Assembly (NCBI GenBank): GCA_964636275.1
Contig: CAZWRN010000005.1
Coordinates: 1 to 60,494, forward strand
Source: an uncultured Gammaproteobacteria bacterium
GTDB lineage: Bacteria > Patescibacteriota > Microgenomatia > Daviesbacterales > UBA10151
Reading direction: 5' to 3'
Length of the DNA stretch: 60,494 bases
Positions 49,253-57,892 of the stretch are shown here, one piece after another. The notes under the pieces are model-generated. The model was given only the letters and a program-made list of their open reading frames with translations, was not told the DNA's origin and ran no database searches. The translations under genes and the position numbers were made by a program. Within the stretch, counting starts at the first letter, position 1, and each line of letters begins with the position of its first letter.

Positions 49253-49707
49253 AGTGATAAAGAGTTGCGTCCCAGCTGATATAAAATATGAGAGACTGGT
49301 GGTTTGACTTTAGTCCGATAGACGATAAACGGGTCCCGATAAATCTGCTCTGCTGTCCATTCATACATATTGGTGGCGGTTTTGACTGGTATTAATAATT
49401 CAGTTGGTAAATAAGCAAATCCAATTTTGCCTTGTTGATTGATCTGCCGGTATTTTTTTACTTGATGGCGGATAAATTTTTTAAATTGTTCTGGTTGTTT
49501 TTGGGCTGTTTCATAATGAAGTTCTTTGTTAAACTGGTAAAACTGTTTTTTTTGCTGAGGAATGATATCGACATAGTTGTCTGCAGTTCTGACAAAGCTA
49601 TAAAAACTAAATACATCATCGCGAATAGAGGCTGGGAAAAATAAACTCGAGTAAAAAAAAGTCTTGCTACCTTTTCTGAAAATATTAAAAATCTTACTAT
49701 TTATCAT
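49249..49707 (-). pseudogene. Phytoene/squalene synthase (CrtB-like) with apparent large in-frame internal deletion
   Basis: GSKTF...FVRTADNYVD N-terminus joined to the ...IPVKTA..Y.W...I...P..VY C-terminus; 152 aa; second Asp-rich motif missing. Confidence 0.6.
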
Positions 49708-51172
49708 TTTTTAATATCTCTTCAGCGACAATTTGCGAAGAGATCATGACCATAGGGACTCCGGTGCCAGGATGATTGTAGAGTCCAGTGTAGTATAAAT
49801 TTTTAACTTTTTTACTTTGATGACCTGGTCTAAAAAAGGCCGACTGAAAAAATGTTGGAGCCATTCCCAGAGCCGTTCCTTTAAAGGCGTGATAATCTTT
49901 AATAAAATCACGTTGAGAGTATATTCTTTTGACTACGATATCTTGTTCAAATTCATCACCAATATTTTTTTGTAAATCTTTAATAATTTTTTGATAATAT
50001 TTTTCTCTGACTAAGTCTGTATCACGCAAACCAGGAGCAACTGGTACGAGTATAAAGATATTCTCCATCCCTTTTGGCGCAACGCTGGGATCTGTTTTAG
50101 AGGGACAGCTGATATAGTAAGAGGGATTTGAGTGCCAGGATGGCTGATCAAAAATTGCGTTAAAATGCTGATTCCAGTCATTGGCCAATACCAGGTTGTG
50201 ATGTTGTAAATTTTTAACTTTTCTCTTGACACCCAAATAAATAATAAAAGCAGAGGGGGAGATGATCTTTTTATTCCAATATGCATCAGGATAGGATTGA
50301 GAGGATTTTGGTAAAAGCTTTGTTTCGGTAAACTGCATATCGGCATTGGATATGACTACATCGGCCATATATTGGCCTTTGGTTGTTTGAACTCCGACAA
50401 CCTGGTTGTTATCTAGCAGGATTTTTTTAACTTCATTATTATATAGGTACGATACCTGATATTTTTTACCTAAATCGACCATTTTTTCAACTATTGCACC
50501 AAATCCCCCCATCGGATACCAAACACCTAGATTCATATCCATATGTGCCATAATGGCGTACATGCCGGGAGTGTTTTTGGGTGACCCCCCAAGAAAGACC
50601 ATAGTATATGACACTATTTTTCTGGCTTTATCTGATGAAAAAAATCTGGCTGTAAATTTTTCCATGGTATCAAAGACATTTAATTTAGGACCTTCTTTAA
50701 GAAGTCTTTTATTTACAAAGCTGAAAATGTTTTTATACTCCTTATAAATAAAATGCTCCATTGAAACATCGTACTGATATTTAGATTGAGCCAAATATTT
50801 TTTTAATTTTTCGGCACCATTTTCTTCTAGACTGTCAAACAACTGATAAACTTGGTTTAGATCGGGTGAAATATCTAGTTTGTCCTCTGGAGAGAAAAAT
50901 ATTCTGTAAGCCGGATCGAGTCTTTTAAGTTGGTATAAATCAGTTGGTTTAAGACCAAATTCAGCAAAGTATTTTGCAAAGATCTCTGGCCCGAGATACC
51001 AGGAAGGCCCCATGTCAAAAGTAAAGCCTTTTGTTTTCCAGACTTGCGCTCTTCCCCCGGCCATTTTATTTTTTTCAATCACCTGAACTTTGTAGCCTTG
51101 TTTGGCTAGTAGGGGTGCAAGAGAGAGTCCTCCGAAACCTGCGCCGATAATAATAGCTTTCTTTTGTTTCAT
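49697..51172 (-). CDS. crtI: Phytoene desaturase family protein
   Basis: IIGAGFGGL, GFTFDMGPSW, YPMGG, SNAD, HPGTGVPMV. Confidence 0.85.
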   Translation of the reverse strand: MKQKKAIIIGAGFGGLSLAPLLAKQGYKVQVIEKNKMAGGRAQVWKTKGFTFDMGPSWYLGPEIFAKYFAEFGLKPTDLYQLKRLDPAYRIFFSPEDKLDISPDLNQVYQLFDSLEENGAEKLKKYLAQSKYQYDVSMEHFIYKEYKNIFSFVNKRLLKEGPKLNVFDTMEKFTARFFSSDKARKIVSYTMVFLGGSPKNTPGMYAIMAHMDMNLGVWYPMGGFGAIVEKMVDLGKKYQVSYLYNNEVKKILLDNNQVVGVQTTKGQYMADVVISNADMQFTETKLLPKSSQSYPDAYWNKKIISPSAFIIYLGVKRKVKNLQHHNLVLANDWNQHFNAIFDQPSWHSNPSYYISCPSKTDPSVAPKGMENIFILVPVAPGLRDTDLVREKYYQKIIKDLQKNIGDEFEQDIVVKRIYSQRDFIKDYHAFKGTALGMAPTFFQSAFFRPGHQSKKVKNLYYTGLYNHPGTGVPMVMISSQIVAEEILKNDK

Positions 51173-51768
51173 AGTTTTGAAATTTTATAGTCTCCTTCTC
51201 TGATTAATTCAAAATTTTCATCTAGCAATTTAATTATAGTAGATGAACGACCAGTTTTATCCCCATCATCCAGATAAAAATCAATCTGGTTTTCAAAATA
51301 TTGTTCAGCCTCTTCAATATTTGATGCCGGCTTTTCACCCTCAAAATTGGCGCTTGGTGCGACCAATGGGCCCGATATTTTTAACAGTTGAATCAGCCAG
51401 TTAGTTTTTGGTAATCGAAAAGCTAAAGAGTTTTTTCCCCGATGCAGATAAGCTAAATTTTTACCAATAGCTGGAACTATAATGCTGACTGGATTAGGCC
51501 AGAGTTTTTTTAAAATTATTTCTTGCTTTGGGTCAATTATGATTCCAAAATTTTTTATATCCTGGAGGGTAGGTATTAATACAATTAATGGCTTATCACT
51601 TGATCTTTTTCGAAGTTGATAGACCTTTTCGACTGATTGTTGGTTGAGAGCTGAGGTAACAATTCCATATTGAGTGTCAGTAGGAATTATTGCGATTGCG
51701 CCACTTTTTAACTTATTCCCCAGATCTTGTATTTGAATATTTGTCAGATTTTTCAACTGATATTTCAT
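51169..51768 (-). CDS. L-threonylcarbamoyladenylate synthase (TsaC/Sua5/YrdC)
   Basis: PTDTQYG, KRSSDKPL, WPNP, APSAN, SSTII. Confidence 0.9.
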   Translation of the reverse strand: MKYQLKNLTNIQIQDLGNKLKSGAIAIIPTDTQYGIVTSALNQQSVEKVYQLRKRSSDKPLIVLIPTLQDIKNFGIIIDPKQEIILKKLWPNPVSIIVPAIGKNLAYLHRGKNSLAFRLPKTNWLIQLLKISGPLVAPSANFEGEKPASNIEEAEQYFENQIDFYLDDGDKTGRSSTIIKLLDENFELIREGDYKISKL

Positions 51769-51790
51769 GCTTGAATACTAACATTGAAAA

Positions 51791-52099
51791 TCAGAAGTTA
51801 AAAGAGCGAAATTTGATCAAAATACCAGCCAGATCGGGGATTGTTAAAAATAAAATCAGTCCAAAAACAACTAAGCCGAGGACTGTTATAAAAAAACTGG
51901 TACTTTTGCTTTTACCCAGCAAAATCTCTAAACCAGAAAATATCAGTAAAACTGGCCAAAAAGGAGATAACTGCTTCCATATACTCCAAGGAATAATATT
52001 AAAGTTGTTTAGTAAAAAGATAAATCCTACGATTACTAAAAATAGCGGCCAGAAAATACTGACTGATTGTTTGGAGGAAGAATTAGTGTCTTCGGTCAT
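51791..52099 (-). CDS. DUF5668/LiaF-like small membrane protein
   Basis: LVIVGFIFLLNNF...WKQLSPFWPVLLIFSGL. Confidence 0.65.
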   Translation of the reverse strand: MTEDTNSSSKQSVSIFWPLFLVIVGFIFLLNNFNIIPWSIWKQLSPFWPVLLIFSGLEILLGKSKSTSFFITVLGLVVFGLILFLTIPDLAGILIKFRSFNF

Positions 52100-52560
52100 T
52101 TTTTTATTAAAAAGATTAGTCCGGCAATTATTAAAATGATTGGCCAGAAACGGCCAAGGTCAAGATTGTCAAAAACGCCAAAGTTTTTAAACAAAAAGAA
52201 AAACCCTGCTGAAATTATCAATACAGCCCACCAAAAGCGAGAATTTTCTTTTGATGATTTATTCAAACCCAATGTATGTGTAAATGATTTGGCGCGGTCT
52301 TTTATCTCTTCTAGATTGGACTGGACACGGCTATTTGGTTCTTTATCAATTTGAGATTTTGTTGGTATCAGCAGCCACATGACTAAATAGATTATCGCCC
52401 CAACCCCATTTAATAATGTGAGTAAAATAAAACCAATCCGAATAATAGTGGGATCAATATTGAGATATTCACCCAAACCCCCGGCAACTCCCCCAATCAT
52501 TCGATTGGCTGTTGAACGGTAAAGTTGGTTTGAAGTTGGGAGATTGGCGGCTTTTTTCAT
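52096..52560 (-). CDS. PspC-domain membrane protein with C-terminal DUF5668-like segment
   Basis: LYRSTANRMIGGVAGGLGEYLNIDPTIIR. Confidence 0.9.
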   Translation of the reverse strand: MKKAANLPTSNQLYRSTANRMIGGVAGGLGEYLNIDPTIIRIGFILLTLLNGVGAIIYLVMWLLIPTKSQIDKEPNSRVQSNLEEIKDRAKSFTHTLGLNKSSKENSRFWWAVLIISAGFFFLFKNFGVFDNLDLGRFWPIILIIAGLIFLIKK

Positions 52561-52599
52561 GTCTGTATTTTAACAAATGTTGTCAAACAAAGTATAATT

Positions 52600-52691
52600 A
52601 ATTAGTTAGTAGGTGATAGTTGGTAGTTTGTAGGATAGCTACAATTGATTTATTTCTACTAACTACAACCTACTGACTACTTACTAACTAC
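52600..52691 (+). repeat. Heptamer-periodic hairpin (TAG/CTA type) outside the ribosomal operons
   Basis: gtgatag ttggtag tttgtag ... ctactaa ctacaac ctactga ctactta cta, ending at the ATG. Confidence 0.8.
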
Positions 52692-53810
52692 ATGAAAGAA
52701 TTTATTATTCCATTTATCATCCTATTGGTTGGTTTTGGGGCCTATTTTTTATTTATTGGTAAAGGTGTTTTTTTCTTGCCTACCAAAGAGATGGTTGCCC
52801 ACCAAAAAGCTCAACCGGCCTATTATCCGCCGGCAAGTGGTTTGCCTGCAGCAACTGTACCTCCACAGACTTTGACACTTGAGTCAATTTTTAAATCAAC
52901 CCACGTCTTACCCGTCAGGAGCGGATTACCTGTTATTACTTTGGTTGCAACTGGAGATGTGATACCAGCTAGAAGTGTCAATTATCAGGTGATCACTAGA
53001 AAAGATTTTACCTGGCCTTATTTAAAAACGGCGGACAAGCTTAAAGAAGCAGATATTACCTTTATCAACTTGGAAACTCCGCTGATCAAAAATTGCCCGG
53101 TGACTCAGGAAGGGATGAATTTTTGTGGAGATGCCAGAAATATTGAGGGGCTGATATATGCCGGAGTAGATGTAGCCAATCTGGCCAACAACCATCTTGG
53201 TAACAAAGGCAAAGCTGGAGTTGATGAGACAATAGCCGGACTGAAAAAAGCCGGAATTCAAACGACCGGTAGTGGCGACAATCTAGCTATATTAGAAGTT
53301 AGAGGGATCAAGTTTGCTTTTTTGGGATACAACGATATTGAGAAAACTCCTTTAGTGACTTCAGCCGATGAAAAATTGGTGGAAAAAGAGGTGTCAGAAG
53401 CCAAAAAGAAAGCGGATGTGGTGGTGGTGCAGTTTCACTGGGGGACAGAGTATAAAACTGAAGTTGAAGACAGGCAAAAAGCGTTGGGTAGACTAGCGAT
53501 AGATAGTGGAGCCGATCTAGTAATTGGTAATCATCCGCATTGGATAAAGCCGATTGAGCTCTACAAGGATAAATTGATCACCTATGCTCATGGTAATTTT
53601 GTCTTTGATCAGGAATGGTCACAAAAGACCAAAGAGGGAGTTGTAGGAAGATATGTTTTTATTGGCAAAAATCTGGTTGATGTGGAGTTTTTGCCGGTTG
53701 AGATCAAAGATTATGGACAACCTTATTTTCTGGAGGGTGATGCTAAGCAAAAGATTTTGGATGAGATGTATGAAGCTAGTAAACAGATGAGATCGGATGA
53801 GATCAGATAG
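52692..53810 (+). CDS. CapA/PGA_cap family metallophosphoesterase-like protein
   Basis: ATGDV, NLETP, ANNH, HWGTEY, GNHPH, HGNFVFDQ. Confidence 0.9.
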   Translation: MKEFIIPFIILLVGFGAYFLFIGKGVFFLPTKEMVAHQKAQPAYYPPASGLPAATVPPQTLTLESIFKSTHVLPVRSGLPVITLVATGDVIPARSVNYQVITRKDFTWPYLKTADKLKEADITFINLETPLIKNCPVTQEGMNFCGDARNIEGLIYAGVDVANLANNHLGNKGKAGVDETIAGLKKAGIQTTGSGDNLAILEVRGIKFAFLGYNDIEKTPLVTSADEKLVEKEVSEAKKKADVVVVQFHWGTEYKTEVEDRQKALGRLAIDSGADLVIGNHPHWIKPIELYKDKLITYAHGNFVFDQEWSQKTKEGVVGRYVFIGKNLVDVEFLPVEIKDYGQPYFLEGDAKQKILDEMYEASKQMRSDEIR

Positions 53811-53946
53811 ATCGGATGAGATCGGATAGATCGGATAGATCGGATAGATCGGATAGATCGGATAGATCGGATGAGATCAGATAGATCGGATGAGATCAGA
53901 TAGATCGGATGAGATCAGATAAATCGGATGAAATCGGATAAATCAG
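53787..53946 (+). repeat. Tandem array of 17 9/10-bp units (ATAGATCGG / ATGAGATCRG)
   Basis: Hand-parsed: eight 9-mers, six 10-mers, three degenerate units; overlaps the capA stop. Confidence 0.95.
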
Positions 53947-54025
53947 ATAAGTAAACTTGAAGCATCGCATTAGATCGGATTTATCTGTAATTGACTTCAG
54001 CTTATAAAAGTGTAATTATAGGGTT

Positions 54026-54556
54026 ATGCCGGAGCAATCTTCGCCAAGTAGTACACGAGGAATACTGACAGCAATTGTAGTTATTTTACTACTGGCTGGT
54101 GGGTATTTTTTCTACAACAAATCTCAGCCCAAATCCCTGCCGGTGCCAGCTCCTACTCCCGAACAATCGGTGACTATTGAGCCATCACCTTCGATGGCAG
54201 CTATGGAAGCCACACCTTCTGTCAAACCGGGTGAACAGATGACTATCACTTTGCTTGAGCAGAACAAATCTAAACAAGCAGGGATTGCAACTATCACTGA
54301 GCTGGGGGATAAAGTTAGTGTTAAATTGCAGATAGCGGGAGCCTCTTCTTCAGCTGAACCGGCTCATATTCATCTGGGCAAATGTCCTAAGCCAGGTGAG
54401 GTCAAGTATCCTTTGACCGACGTTGTCGGGGGGATTTCGGAAACTATGCTGAATGTCTCGATGTCGACATTGAAGTCGATGTTACCACTGTCGATCAACG
54501 TGCATAAATCTAAAGCAGAGATTGGTGTTTATGTCGCCTGCGGCGACCTTAAGTAA
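54026..54556 (+). CDS. Membrane-anchored protein with CHRD-like domain
   Basis: N-terminal TM, Pro/Ser linker, PAHIH..C, INVHKS, VACGD. Confidence 0.5.
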   Translation: MPEQSSPSSTRGILTAIVVILLLAGGYFFYNKSQPKSLPVPAPTPEQSVTIEPSPSMAAMEATPSVKPGEQMTITLLEQNKSKQAGIATITELGDKVSVKLQIAGASSSAEPAHIHLGKCPKPGEVKYPLTDVVGGISETMLNVSMSTLKSMLPLSINVHKSKAEIGVYVACGDLK

Positions 54557-54564
54557 CCGCGTAT

Positions 54565-54687
54565 CTTGTCATCCCGAACTTGTTTCGGGATCTTCCAATT
54601 CAGTTTTCAACTAAAGATTAATGTTTATCATTTAAAGATCATTTTTTACTAACTTGGAAGATGCTGAAACGAGTTCAGCATGACAAG
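54565..54687. repeat. REPIN-like inverted doublet of GTCAT-tagged palindromes between convergent genes
   Basis: CTTGTCATCCCGAACTTGTTTCGGGATCTTCCAA ... TTGGAAGATGCTGAAACGAGTTCAGCATGACAAG. Confidence 0.8.
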
Positions 54688-54695
54688 AAGGGAGA

Positions 54696-55247
54696 TCAGC
54701 TGTTGTTGTGGATTTGGTCCATGGTTTTGCCAGAGTAAGCTGAGATATCATCTTTCTTGGCGTCATAGTCTGGGATGACGTGATCGTCTTTGTGTTTGAT
54801 CATTAGCCAATTGTCTTTGGTGGAGCCTGGAGGGAAGTTTTTGGTTTTGATCAGAGCGAAAGAGCCATGGAGTTTTTTGCCGTGCAAAGTAAATTTGAGT
54901 TCGCCTTTTTTTAGCCCCTCTTGCATGACTTTTTGTCCTTCGTCATGATCTTTAATCAACTGTCTTTCACCAGGAGCAGTTTCTATTTCAGGAATATAAT
55001 AGCCTTCGTCCCATCTCATGACAGGGCCAGCGCCTTCGCTACCTTCTTTTAAGTTACCTTCAAATTCGCGGTAAGCTAGTTTGTGATCATCCATTCTGAC
55101 AGACAGTCTTTTTTGAGTGGGATCCATTGTCGGACCTTTGGGGATAGCCCAAGACGGCATGACTTTGCCGATCTGAAGTCTGAGATCAAAATGCAAAGCT
55201 GTGGCATGATGTTTGTGAATCACAAAAACTAGATGTTTATCAGCCAT
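54696..55247 (-). CDS. Stand-alone LigD 3'-phosphoesterase domain protein
   Basis: FVIHKHHATALHFDLRL, SWAIPKGP, DHKLAY, WDEG, LHGKKLHG, WLMIK. Confidence 0.9.
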   Translation of the reverse strand: MADKHLVFVIHKHHATALHFDLRLQIGKVMPSWAIPKGPTMDPTQKRLSVRMDDHKLAYREFEGNLKEGSEGAGPVMRWDEGYYIPEIETAPGERQLIKDHDEGQKVMQEGLKKGELKFTLHGKKLHGSFALIKTKNFPPGSTKDNWLMIKHKDDHVIPDYDAKKDDISAYSGKTMDQIHNNS

Positions 55248-55281
55248 GCGATTATTTTAACACTTTGGTACAATAGCTATC

Positions 55282-55629
55282 ATGCCAAAGGTCGTAATAG
55301 TTTTGGAAAATCTAGCAATTTTTCTGTTTGCTGTTTATATGTTTCATGTTTTTGGATCCAGTTGGTTGCTATTTGCGGCTTTATTTATGGTACCCGATCT
55401 ATCAATGGTGGGGTATTTGATTAATCCAAAAATTGGTTCTTATCTATACAATGCTATCCACAACTATGCTCTGGCGGCTGGACTTTTAATATTGGCGTCA
55501 ATTTTTCACTGGGATATGGTGGCACAGATAGCATTTATATTAACTGCCCATGTGGCATTAGACAGAGTGCTTGGTTTTGGACTCAAATACCACACCCATT
55601 TCAAAGACACCCATATTCAACATCTGTAG
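55282..55629 (+). CDS. DUF4260 family membrane protein
   Basis: PDLSMVGY, YNAIH, HVALDRVLGFGLKY. Confidence 0.85.
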   Translation: MPKVVIVLENLAIFLFAVYMFHVFGSSWLLFAALFMVPDLSMVGYLINPKIGSYLYNAIHNYALAAGLLILASIFHWDMVAQIAFILTAHVALDRVLGFGLKYHTHFKDTHIQHL

Positions 55630-55681
55630 AGTTGTGACAGAGATCACATTCATATTTACTCTCACTGATTAAAATCTTGCT

Positions 55682-56293
55682 ATGTTAGAAATAGCAGGAG
55701 GAGCTGTTCAGCCTAATAGAAGATTAACCGAATTGGGTTATGTTCAGCCGGATTTTATGCGGCGGTTTACTTATGACCGTCGGATTGATTATGGCAATGT
55801 AGTAGTAGAATTGGTTAGAGACCCGCGATTTAACAGCTTAAATGTCTTTATTGCGCCTCATGATGAGACTGCTGGTTTACGAAGGATGGTTTTGATCAAT
55901 CCAACTCGATATTCAGATCAGGCACATGCTCAAGAAGGATTTGAAAAATTTGGAGTTTTTCCTTTAGGTGTTCATCCCTGTGAAGGGGTGATGGCCGAGA
56001 TAGAGATCAGGACAGATGCACCAGAGGGTTATCCGGCGTATTTAGTATTACCCGAATTTAAAATAAAAGGTGAGCATGATGATATGACGGAGTATTTACA
56101 GCGGGGACTTAGACGTCACAGTGAATATTGTCGAACGCATCGGATGGCTCAGTTAGAAGACCAGCATATCGTATTGGAAGATCCAGAGCAAAGATATGCG
56201 GCTTTAGCGCATGAGCATGCAACGGCCTTTTTAAATTCTCCGGATATTTTTAGAGATGCTCCGATTTTGAAAATGCCGGCTGTAGTCCGTTAA
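55682..56293 (+). CDS. Hypothetical protein
   Basis: 203-aa ORF with a -10 box 6 nt before the ATG; no family recognised. Confidence 0.6.
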   Translation: MLEIAGGAVQPNRRLTELGYVQPDFMRRFTYDRRIDYGNVVVELVRDPRFNSLNVFIAPHDETAGLRRMVLINPTRYSDQAHAQEGFEKFGVFPLGVHPCEGVMAEIEIRTDAPEGYPAYLVLPEFKIKGEHDDMTEYLQRGLRRHSEYCRTHRMAQLEDQHIVLEDPEQRYAALAHEHATAFLNSPDIFRDAPILKMPAVVR

Positions 56294-56337
56294 TAATTCT
56301 CAATTCAGACTCAATTGTGTTATTCTACTTTTTACTT

Positions 56338-56979
56338 ATGAGTCAAAAAATCCTCACTCATTTTCAGACAGCGGATCCGGTTTTATATCAAGTACTTTTA
56401 TTAGTCCACCAGGAACATGGGGACAAACTGTTTGAATTAAAAAAGGCAGACAATCTGTTTGAGACTTTATGTGAATCAATTGTCTCTCAGCAGCTATCTG
56501 TCAAAGCCGGGGACACTATTTTTGGCAGAGTACTGGATTTATTACCCAACAGAAAATTAACTCCGGAAAGTATTTTAAAACTTAAAGATCAGGATTTGAG
56601 GGATGCTGGATTGTCTTGGGGAAAGGTCAGCTATTTAAAAGATCTGTCGCAAAAAATCAAAGACAAAGAAGTGATACTTGAAGATCTGGATCAACTGTCG
56701 GAAGAGGATGCGATCAAGGAATTAACGAAGATTAAAGGGATTGGTAAATGGACTGCAGAAATGTTTTTAATGTTTGCACTAGGTAGGGAGGATGTTTTTT
56801 CACACGGAGACGTCGGACTGCAAAATGCGATCAAGAAAATTTACAAAGACAGGTTGCCTTTTGATAAAGATGGGAAATGGAAATATGATCCGCAGCTTGT
56901 TGAGGAAATAATTATTAAATGGAGCCCTTTCAGGACAATAGCGGCGAGGATACTGTGGCGAAGTTTGAGTTTGAAATGA
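56338..56979 (+). CDS. DNA-3-methyladenine glycosylase 2 (AlkA-like, HhH-GPD)
   Basis: SIVSQQLS, GLSWGK, IKGIGKWTAEMFL, DVG, WSPFR; start ATG 56338. Confidence 0.92.
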   Translation: MSQKILTHFQTADPVLYQVLLLVHQEHGDKLFELKKADNLFETLCESIVSQQLSVKAGDTIFGRVLDLLPNRKLTPESILKLKDQDLRDAGLSWGKVSYLKDLSQKIKDKEVILEDLDQLSEEDAIKELTKIKGIGKWTAEMFLMFALGREDVFSHGDVGLQNAIKKIYKDRLPFDKDGKWKYDPQLVEEIIIKWSPFRTIAARILWRSLSLK

Positions 56980-57134
56980 GTGAAGAGATTTAAGATTCAA
57001 GATATTGTTACTTATTTCTTTTTCATTTATTACTACTTCAATAAGATTACAAATTATAATGTGCGTCATATGAAATGGTTGATGGCGTTTATTTTGTTTT
57101 ACTGTTTACTTTTTACAATTGTCAGTGTGAGTTA

Positions 57135-57854
57135 TCAGGGTTGAGATATTTTAAGCCAGTGTTTTAAAGTAAAAATCCAGTCGTCATTGTCTTTGTCATT
57201 TTGTTCCATTGAACTTAGTAACCAGACTAAATATTCTTTGTCTTTGTAATACACATCTTTGACTAGCTGATCTCTGTATTTACCAAAATTAAATCTTTTG
57301 ACCAAAAATGGATTTTTGGAAACATCGATCATCTTCTCGATAGCGGTATCTTCACTGCCAGTGATCTGCATCATGTGGTCAAGCAATTTTTTAAATACTC
57401 CTTCCAGTACCATCACATCACTTTTAGCATCATGGGCCAAAGCCTCAATTTCCAGTTCATGGTGATAGCGCAGGTACTGCAAATTGTACTCAGGAATCAC
57501 TCCATCTTCATCAAGGTACCGCGCAACTTTCAAAGTGCAAATATATTCTTTCGTCTCAACATCTTCTTTCGCCAACATCGCAATATCAAACTTCGCATTG
57601 TGTGCTACCAGCACATGCGATTGCAAAAGATTTTGCAAATCTTTCTTCATTTGTGAATCCGCAAAGGCAGGTTTGTCCGCCACCATTTTGTTGGTCACAT
57701 GAGTGATAGATTGAGCTTTGACAGAAATAGCAACCGGCGGCTTAAAAAGCTCCTGATAAATTTCTCCACCAGTAGAATAGCAAACTTCAAACAGGTGATC
57801 TGTGAGTAAATTGTTGCCGGTAGTCTCGGTATCTAAAAAGACTAACTTTTTCAT
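57135..57854 (-). CDS. DEDDh 3'-5' exonuclease (ExoX-like) with C-terminal FGKY-type domain
   Basis: FLDTETTG, AHNAKFD, AHDAKSD, FNFGKYRDQ. Confidence 0.88.
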   Translation of the reverse strand: MKKLVFLDTETTGNNLLTDHLFEVCYSTGGEIYQELFKPPVAISVKAQSITHVTNKMVADKPAFADSQMKKDLQNLLQSHVLVAHNAKFDIAMLAKEDVETKEYICTLKVARYLDEDGVIPEYNLQYLRYHHELEIEALAHDAKSDVMVLEGVFKKLLDHMMQITGSEDTAIEKMIDVSKNPFLVKRFNFGKYRDQLVKDVYYKDKEYLVWLLSSMEQNDKDNDDWIFTLKHWLKISQP

Positions 57855-57892
57855 AAAGGTATTTTAGCTGTTTAAGATTTAGAATGACAGTC

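Noticed and set aside
53787-53946. CRISPR array
   Set aside because: Units are 9-10 bp and contiguous, with no spacers and no cas genes.
57095-57125. TTTACTG TTTACTT TTTACAA run after the exonuclease stop
   Set aside because: Only three AT-rich units with no clear partner arm; too weak to count as a heptamer spacer.
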